Origin: an uncultured Spirochaetales bacterium
GTDB taxonomy: Bacteria > Spirochaetota > Spirochaetia > DAHUYW01
Reading direction: 5' to 3'
Length of the DNA stretch: 64,000 nucleotides
Assembly (NCBI GenBank): GCA_964506755.1
Contig: CAZDMH010000003.1
Span: forward strand, 166,596 to 230,595
The notes under the pieces were generated by a model that did not search any database, was not told the origin of the DNA, and saw only the letters and a list, made by a program, of their open reading frames with translations. The position numbers and the translations under genes were made by a program. This document shows positions 57,401 through 64,000 of the stretch, piece after piece (position 1 is the first letter of the stretch; each line of letters begins with the position of its first letter).

Positions 57401-59227
57401 CTATCCATAGAGCGGGCCGAAATTGGTGCAAGCCCGATAGTCGGAGCCCTCGAGGTCCATGCCGAAGGAGCTCCAGGCGCTCGGTCGGAAGATCCGCTCA
57501 TCCTCTACATTGTGCATGGAAACCGGAATGCGCAGCATCGAGGCCAGCGTGATGATCTCGTCGCCGATATGGCCGTAGCTGACGGCGCCGTGGTTTGCTC
57601 CCCAGCTCGCCATGACCGAATAGACGTCCGTGAATCGCCCGTGCCCGGTTACCTTCGGTGCAAACCAGGTGGTGGGCCAGGTGGGGTTCGTTCGACGATC
57701 GAGGGTGTCGTGCACATCGCTCGGAAGCTCCACAGTGTATCCCTCGGCAAGTTGAAGCACCGGGCCGATTCCCTTCACGAGGTTGAGTCTCGTCATCGTA
57801 ACCGGCATGCCGCCGCGGGTCAGGAAATCGGTCGACCAGCCGCCTCCGCGGAAGTATCCGACATCCCCGGGGCGGAAGAGCGTTGCGTCCAGGCACTTCG
57901 CCGCCTCATCGGAGCTGATGTCCCAAAACGGCTTCAACGCGGGCTTCCCATCGAGTGATTGCTCGCCGCTGCCGTCGAGGGTGGCAGAACCGGAGTTGAT
58001 GAGGTGGATGATTCCGTTCGCCGCGGCGCCGCTCAGGCTCTTGCCGGTTACCCGTTTGACGGCATCGGGGCTCCAGTAGGTGCGCACGTCGGCAAAGATC
58101 TGCGCCGTGCCCGTCAACAGGTGGGAGAAGAGCATCGAAACCCCGTTCAGCGAGTCGTTCTCCGTCGCGAAAGTGAAGGGCTCCCGGATCCCGTTCCAAT
58201 CGAATGACGTGTTCAGCATGGTTTCCATGAAATCGCCGTTTGGAAAGTGATCGGTCCACTGCCGTTGTCCCTGGAAGCCGCCGGCGATCGCATTGTGTCC
58301 CAACGCCTCTTCGCCGTACCCGAGCTCGGCCAGCCGTGGATTGCCGACGAGAAGATCCCGCGCGATGAGGAACATCTTGACCGAGGTCTCCCACGCCGCG
58401 TCCTTTTGGGCTCTTGTGTGCTGCACCTCCTTTGCGTTGTCGTCCGGCCCCTCTTTGCAGCTCTCCTTGACCCAGCTCATGGCGCGCTTGTATTCGTCGG
58501 GATCGTAGATCTCCTCGTCAATTCGTCGTGCAAACTCCGACATATCCACGTACTCATTGCGCATTCCGAGGTAGTCCTGGAAGAAGTCCTCGTTGACCAT
58601 CGAGCCCGCGATACCCATGGAAACCGAGCCGAGGGAAAGGTAGGACTTGCCCCGCATCGTGGCGACGGCGATTCCGGCGCGGGTGAACTTGAGGATCTTC
58701 TCCCGCACATCACTCGGGATGCTTGCGTCGTCGAGGTCTTGTACATCGCGACCGTAGATGCTAAAGGCTGGCAACCCCTTCTGGTTGTGTCCGGCGAGCA
58801 CCGCCGCCAGGTAGACGGCGCCGGGCCGCTCGGTTCCGTTGAATCCCCACACTGCTTTCGGTACGAAGGGGTCCATATCCATGGTCTCCGATCCGTAGCA
58901 CCAGCATGGGGTTACCGTCAGTGAAACACCGACTCCCTCGCGCTGAAACTTGTCCGCACATTGGGCGGCCTCCGCCACACCTCCGATGGTGGAGTCTGCA
59001 ATCACGCACTCCACGGCCATGCCGTTAGAGTGCTTCACGTTCTCTGAGATGAGCTTCGCCACCTGTTTCGCCATTCCCATCGTTACCGCTTCGAGCGATT
59101 CGCGCACACCGCCGAGTCGCCCGTCGATCGCCGGCCGTATGCCGACCCTCGGGAGTCCTCCCTGGAAACGATTCACCAACGGGAGATGCTTAAAGCTTCG
59201 TGCCTCTGCCATTCTTCTTGCCTCCAT
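57401..59227 (-). CDS. fucI: L-fucose isomerase
   Basis: Strong match to E. coli FucI blocks: [74 protein letters not shown]. Confidence 0.9.
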   Translation of the reverse strand: MEARRMAEARSFKHLPLVNRFQGGLPRVGIRPAIDGRLGGVRESLEAVTMGMAKQVAKLISENVKHSNGMAVECVIADSTIGGVAEAAQCADKFQREGVGVSLTVTPCWCYGSETMDMDPFVPKAVWGFNGTERPGAVYLAAVLAGHNQKGLPAFSIYGRDVQDLDDASIPSDVREKILKFTRAGIAVATMRGKSYLSLGSVSMGIAGSMVNEDFFQDYLGMRNEYVDMSEFARRIDEEIYDPDEYKRAMSWVKESCKEGPDDNAKEVQHTRAQKDAAWETSVKMFLIARDLLVGNPRLAELGYGEEALGHNAIAGGFQGQRQWTDHFPNGDFMETMLNTSFDWNGIREPFTFATENDSLNGVSMLFSHLLTGTAQIFADVRTYWSPDAVKRVTGKSLSGAAANGIIHLINSGSATLDGSGEQSLDGKPALKPFWDISSDEAAKCLDATLFRPGDVGYFRGGGWSTDFLTRGGMPVTMTRLNLVKGIGPVLQLAEGYTVELPSDVHDTLDRRTNPTWPTTWFAPKVTGHGRFTDVYSVMASWGANHGAVSYGHIGDEIITLASMLRIPVSMHNVEDERIFRPSAWSSFGMDLEGSDYRACTNFGPLYG

Positions 59228-59313
59228 CGTCTCATTCCGCTGTCGTTAGAGCTATGCTATGAGCTTCCATTATCAGGAGATCGACCTCTTTCTTCAAGGT
59301 TAGAGGCGACGGG

Positions 59314-60402
59314 ATGGAGCAGCGCGCTTTTACCGACGGCGGTTTTTTGGTAGTATGCGGCATGAACAACAGCCTGAAGGTCGTTGTGGCCCTCGTGGGG
59401 ATCGTGGTGGTGTTCCTTATCGGGGCGGTTTTCAAGGCGGCCCAGACAGTGCTTGTTCCCCTCATTATTGCGGCGTTGCTCTACTTCGTCCTTGTGCCTG
59501 CGGTCAACTTCCTCGAGCGGATCCGGGTGCCGAGGGTTGTGGCTATCATCGCCGTTCTCCTGTTGGTTCTCGGAGTGTTTTATCTGGTGGGGTTGTTCAT
59601 ATTCGCGAGCGTTCAGTCCGTGGTCAGGGCTTTCCCTCGCTACCAGACACGGTTCGATTTGATCATCCAGGATCTCACGACAACAATCAGCGGGCGGTTC
59701 AACCTATCTCAGGGACTGCTGGCGGGGATCAACTGGGGCAGCACCCTGCGAGGCTACCTCCTCTCTTGGTCCGGATCGTTCATCAAGTTCGTGACATCTG
59801 CGGGGATTATCCTGATCTTCCTCATCTTCTTGCTACTCGAACGTCCCTACTTCAAGAGCAAGTTGAACAATGCCTTCTACGGCGCCACGCGCGAAAAGAT
59901 CCAGACTGCGTTCGATCATATCAACGTACAAATCGGCCGGTATCTCGCGGTCAAGCTCTTTGTGAGCGTGGTAACCGGACTGCTGGTGTGGGGCGGGCTG
60001 AAGATTCTCGGCGTCGACTTCCCGATTTTCTGGGGCGTGGCGGCGGTGTTGCTGAACTTCATACCGAACATCGGCTCGCTCTTTGTCATCATCATTACCA
60101 GCCTCATGGCTTTCCTGCAGTTCTATCCGACGATCGAGCGACCCCTGTTGACACTGCTTGTGATGAGCGGCATACAGGTTGTCATGGGGAACTTCATCGA
60201 CCCGCGCCTTCAGGGTGATCGGCTCAATCTGAGCCCATTCATCATCCTCGTGTCCCTGATCTTCTGGGGATGGCTCTGGGGGATCATCGGGATGTTTCTA
60301 TCAGTTCCAATAACTGTCGTAATCAAGATAATATGCGAGAACGTCCCTTCGCTGAGGCCGGTGAGCATCTTCATGGGATCCGGCAAGTGGAAGGACTCCT
60401 GA
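59314..60402 (+). CDS. AI-2E family (PerM/UPF0118) transporter
   Basis: 8-TM topology with conserved NFIPNIGS and SVPIT regions. Start may be ATG 59362. Confidence 0.7.
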   Translation: MEQRAFTDGGFLVVCGMNNSLKVVVALVGIVVVFLIGAVFKAAQTVLVPLIIAALLYFVLVPAVNFLERIRVPRVVAIIAVLLLVLGVFYLVGLFIFASVQSVVRAFPRYQTRFDLIIQDLTTTISGRFNLSQGLLAGINWGSTLRGYLLSWSGSFIKFVTSAGIILIFLIFLLLERPYFKSKLNNAFYGATREKIQTAFDHINVQIGRYLAVKLFVSVVTGLLVWGGLKILGVDFPIFWGVAAVLLNFIPNIGSLFVIIITSLMAFLQFYPTIERPLLTLLVMSGIQVVMGNFIDPRLQGDRLNLSPFIILVSLIFWGWLWGIIGMFLSVPITVVIKIICENVPSLRPVSIFMGSGKWKDS

Positions 60403-60433
60403 GCTCCAACAAACAGAAGGATGTCTTTACTCT

Positions 60434-61510
60434 ATGGCAACAACGACTGCAACCAAGAAGCGTATTCTCACGGGAGATCGCCCGACGGGGCGGCTGCATC
60501 TCGGCCACTGGGTCGGGTCGCTTTCAAACCGCGTGCGTCTCCAGGACAGCTACGAGTGCTTTTTCATTATCGCCGACCTGCATGTGCTGACGACGCGTCC
60601 CGAAAAGCAGGAAATCGAGAACATCGCGGAGAACGCACGGCAGATGGTTTACGATTATCTCGCCTGTGGGATCGATCCCGAGAAATCGGTCATCTACCTC
60701 CAGTCGGCGGTTCCCGAAATCTACGAGCTCAACCTTCTCTTCGAGATGCTCGTTACCGTACCGCGGCTTCAACGCATACCGAGTCTCAAAGATATGGCTC
60801 AATCGGCTCATCTCAACGAGATGCCGTTCGGACTTCTCGGATACCCGGTGCTGCAATCGGCGGACATTCTGCTCCCTCGGGCACACCTCGTGCCCGTGGG
60901 CAAGGACAACGAGGCACACGTGGAGCTTACCCGCGAGATCGCGCGACGCTTCAACAACATGTATGCGGAGGTCTTTCCGATTCCCGACGTCATGGTGGGC
61001 GACGTGCCGACGCTCGTCGGAACCGACGGCAGCGCGAAGATGTCGAAATCGCTCGGGAACGCTATCCTGCTCTCTGACGACGAGAAGACGGTGCGCAAGA
61101 AGGTCTTCAGCATGTACACCGACCCGAAGCGGGTCTCCGCCGACATCCCGGGAACAGTCGAAGGCAACCCTGTCTTCCTTTATCATGACATATTCAATCC
61201 CGATCGGTCCGAGGTGGACGACCTCAAGGCGCGCTACCGAACCGGAAAGGTAGGCGACGTCGAGGTCAAGGAGAAGCTCGCCACCGCGCTCAACGCCTTC
61301 CTCGATCCGGTTAGGGAACGTCGTTCGTCATACGAACAACGCGGCGGATTTGTGGACGAGGTCATCTACGAAGGGACGCTGCGTATGCGTGACGAAGCGC
61401 GCGCGACGCTATCGGAGGCGAGGCGTGCCATGGGGATTTCGGGAATCTGGAACCGAATCAGCCGCAAGGCGGAGCAAACCCGAAAAAAGCGGGAAGCCCC
61501 CTCGGGCTAG
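60434..61510 (+). CDS. trpS: Tryptophan--tRNA ligase
   Basis: Class I aaRS HIGH-type motif (GRLHLGH), KMSKS, and TrpRS-specific blocks. 358 aa. Confidence 0.9.
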   Translation: MATTTATKKRILTGDRPTGRLHLGHWVGSLSNRVRLQDSYECFFIIADLHVLTTRPEKQEIENIAENARQMVYDYLACGIDPEKSVIYLQSAVPEIYELNLLFEMLVTVPRLQRIPSLKDMAQSAHLNEMPFGLLGYPVLQSADILLPRAHLVPVGKDNEAHVELTREIARRFNNMYAEVFPIPDVMVGDVPTLVGTDGSAKMSKSLGNAILLSDDEKTVRKKVFSMYTDPKRVSADIPGTVEGNPVFLYHDIFNPDRSEVDDLKARYRTGKVGDVEVKEKLATALNAFLDPVRERRSSYEQRGGFVDEVIYEGTLRMRDEARATLSEARRAMGISGIWNRISRKAEQTRKKREAPSG

Positions 61511-61531
61511 TCAACGAAAGGAAACATTTCG

Positions 61532-63910
61532 ATGTATTTCAACAAGGTAGATCATCCTCGCAACTTCAGCTTCGTCCAGACCCACCGCAATCCCTATGCG
61601 ATTGGAAAACGCTCCTTCGAGTTCCGCACGAAGGATCTCGGTTCCGACGTGCACCGAATCGAGGTCCGCTCGAGAATCTGGAAAGGCAACGATAGCCAGG
61701 CCGAGCTCGATGAGAAAACCTTTCGTTCCGGCAGGAAGCGCGGAGAGACTGCGTCGCGAACACGGGTTCTCATCGACGGGAATGCGGAGATCATTCTCAA
61801 AGAAGACGACACCGAGGTATTTCGCTCGGCTGCGGGGCGGTCGTTCGGGGTCTGCGGCACGAAGTGGCTCTTCCGTTTGGAGCACTATCCCCAGATGCGT
61901 TTCTACGGTATGGGGGAGAAGAGCGGACGTCTCGAAAAAAGCGGGACGCGGACCCTATTCTGGAACACTGACGTTGCAGCCGATTTCCCGGTCCACGAGG
62001 TGACGCAGGCGTCGGTCGATCCGATGTACGTCAGCCTCCCCTACCTGCTCCTCCGGGTGCCGGCGGGGTACGTGGGCATCCTCGTCGACAACCCCTTTCC
62101 CGTCTTCATGAACACCGGAGCAACCGAAGCGATTGCGCCGGAGCTGCACGCCGAGCCGGAGGCAAGCGATTTCTTCATCGGATCGAGCGACGGCATGCCG
62201 GTGCTCTACCTGATCTATGGGCAGACTGCCGACGAAGTCACCTGCAAGTTGCAGCGCCTCTGTGGAACCACCCCTCTGCCGCCGCTCTGGGCGCTCGGCC
62301 ATCATCAATCGAGGTGGGGCTACGGTTCGGCCGAAGACCTTGAGCGGGTCGTCGATGAGTTCGAAGAGAACCTCATACCGAACGACGGGCTTTGGCTCGA
62401 CATCGATTACATGGACGGCTATCGAGTTTTCACGACGAGCGCCGAGCGATTCCCAGAGCCCTCGGCGGCAACGGCGAAGCTCGCGGAGCGGGGCTACCGG
62501 GTGGTCGCCATCCTCGATCCCGGGGTCAAGGTGGATGAGGCATACGAGGTCTACAGGGACGGAATGCTCAAGGAGATCTTCTGCAAGAACAGCGAGAATC
62601 GTCCCTACATCGGCTTCGTCTGGCCCGGAGCGACGGTGTTTCCCGACTTCTCCCTTGCCGAGGCTCGCGCCTGGTGGGCCGAGCGGGTCGCCGACTTGAC
62701 GGCGACCGGATTCGCGGGTTTCTGGCTCGACATGAACGACCCGTCCACCGGATCCTCGACGCTCGATGAGATGCGCTTTGCTCGCGGAAAGAAGGCGCAC
62801 GAGTCCTACCACAACCAGTACGCCCTGGGCATGCAGCAGGCGACACGGGCGGGGCTTCTTACGGTCGCCCCCGACCGGCGCCCGTTTCTGCTGAGTCGAA
62901 GCGGATACCTGTCGACGAGCCGTCTCTCGGCGATATGGACCGGCGACAACGTCTCGAACTACGCGAACATGACGGTGAGCATCCCGATGTGTCTCAACCT
63001 TTCGCTGTCGGGAATCCCGTTCAACGGCGCCGACGTGCCGGGCTTCGACGGCGACGCCGATGCAGCCCTCGCCGCCGCCTGGTACAAGACCGCATTTCTC
63101 GCCCCCTTTCTTCGTAACCATTCGACCGCCTCATCACGCGCTCAGGAGCCGTGGGCGTTCGGAAAGAAGAGCGCGAAGGTAATAGGCCACTACATCTCGC
63201 TTCGCTACAAGCTGCTACCCTATCTCTACAACCTGTTCGCCGACCAAGAGGAGAGCGGGCGGCCGATCTGGAGGCCGATGTTCTACGAGTTCGAGGATAG
63301 TCCGGAGTTCGACGAGACCGACGATCAGTTCATGGTCGGGCCCTCGATCATGCAGGCGCCAATCGTCTCAGAGCACCGCAACAGCCGCAAGGTAGTGCTT
63401 CCCGAGGAGAGATGGTGGAGCCCCTGGGACCGACGCTGGCTTCGGGGCGGACGCGAGATCACTGCAGTCGAGTCGGCCAGGTCGACCCCCCTCTACGTCC
63501 GGGAGGGTTCCATTATTCCGATGCAGATCGGGGTTCGAGAGACGAACCGCAACGATCTTGCCAATATAGAGCTTCATCTCTTCGTCAGCGAAAAGTACGA
63601 CGGAATCTGCACATACCTCTACCGCTTCGACGATGGGGAGACCACCGCCTACCTAAGCGGAGGACGTACAGAGATCCTCTTTACGGTTTCTCGCGACCGC
63701 AAGAACGTCATCGTCGATGCCAAGGTGATGAAGAAAGGGGCGGGAGCTGCCACCGTGCGCTTCTTCGTCTACGGGTATTTCGGAGCGATCATCCTCAAGA
63801 GGACTGAAAAGGATGACGAGCTCGAGGCGCTGCGACTCACCACGGCCTCGTGGACTTTTGCAGGCACGAAGGTCAATCCCCATGCGACCGAGCCCGTTCA
63901 GCTCGGCTGA
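61532..63910 (+). CDS. GH31-family alpha-glucosidase/alpha-xylosidase
   Basis: GH31 catalytic region GFWLDMNDPS (WxDMNE nucleophile motif) and WTGDN general acid motif. 792 aa. Confidence 0.85.
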   Translation: MYFNKVDHPRNFSFVQTHRNPYAIGKRSFEFRTKDLGSDVHRIEVRSRIWKGNDSQAELDEKTFRSGRKRGETASRTRVLIDGNAEIILKEDDTEVFRSAAGRSFGVCGTKWLFRLEHYPQMRFYGMGEKSGRLEKSGTRTLFWNTDVAADFPVHEVTQASVDPMYVSLPYLLLRVPAGYVGILVDNPFPVFMNTGATEAIAPELHAEPEASDFFIGSSDGMPVLYLIYGQTADEVTCKLQRLCGTTPLPPLWALGHHQSRWGYGSAEDLERVVDEFEENLIPNDGLWLDIDYMDGYRVFTTSAERFPEPSAATAKLAERGYRVVAILDPGVKVDEAYEVYRDGMLKEIFCKNSENRPYIGFVWPGATVFPDFSLAEARAWWAERVADLTATGFAGFWLDMNDPSTGSSTLDEMRFARGKKAHESYHNQYALGMQQATRAGLLTVAPDRRPFLLSRSGYLSTSRLSAIWTGDNVSNYANMTVSIPMCLNLSLSGIPFNGADVPGFDGDADAALAAAWYKTAFLAPFLRNHSTASSRAQEPWAFGKKSAKVIGHYISLRYKLLPYLYNLFADQEESGRPIWRPMFYEFEDSPEFDETDDQFMVGPSIMQAPIVSEHRNSRKVVLPEERWWSPWDRRWLRGGREITAVESARSTPLYVREGSIIPMQIGVRETNRNDLANIELHLFVSEKYDGICTYLYRFDDGETTAYLSGGRTEILFTVSRDRKNVIVDAKVMKKGAGAATVRFFVYGYFGAIILKRTEKDDELEALRLTTASWTFAGTKVNPHATEPVQLG

Positions 63911-64000
63911 CTAGGTTCGCAGTGCAGAATGACAGTTCAGGGACTCACCCACTTGCCGCTTTCTGCTGATTTGAAAACCGCCTCGATCGTGCTCATATTC

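Noticed and set aside
1-64000. Search for CRISPR arrays, tRNA/rRNA genes, IS elements or integrases
   Set aside because: No short direct repeats with regular spacing, no cloverleaf-like conserved tRNA stretches, no transposase- or integrase-like ORFs were seen. Intergenic regions are short and mostly promoter-like.

Overview
GC-rich bacterial chromosomal window, gene-dense (about 50 protein genes, no rRNA, tRNA or CRISPR found by eye). Lipobox lipoproteins suggest a Gram-negative or spirochaete-like organism, but this is not established. The content is dominated by carbohydrate and polyol catabolism. (1) A minus-strand operon LacI - Zn-ADH - creatininase-family hydrolase - TIM-barrel epimerase - Gfo/Idh/MocA (iolG-like), which looks like the non-canonical Thermotoga-type inositol pathway. 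(2) A divergent LacI + ABC sugar-uptake locus (SBP and two permeases, no ATPase) followed by three dehydrogenases. (3) Isolated araA and fucI in one operon. (4) A mannitol-dehydrogenase-family / PfkB kinase pair, a GH31 glycosidase, and a GT4 + six-hairpin glycosidase + LmbE deacetylase trio. Other modules: an imuA-imuB-dnaE2 mutagenesis cassette with an AT-rich promoter and inverted repeat; a larE-larB-larC nickel-pincer-cofactor cluster in which larC is split across two frames (possible programmed frameshift); a cluster of surface lipoproteins with Ig/Fn3-like repeats, one interrupted by an in-frame TAG; a c-di-GMP module (PilZ + REC-PAS-GGDEF-EAL); a cation/proton antiporter fused to a PTS EIIA(Ntr)-like domain; a membrane-fused spermidine-synthase-like protein; housekeeping genes (trpS, nrdR, lplA, manC, fumC, ubiB). 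Several intergenic regions carry repeated palindromic operator-like motifs (AAACGTTT..AAAATTG twice; GTGCACGTGCAC three times) and near-consensus sigma70 promoters. The supplied ORF track omits the partial gene at the window start and often over-extends N-termini; starts were re-picked from the sequence.
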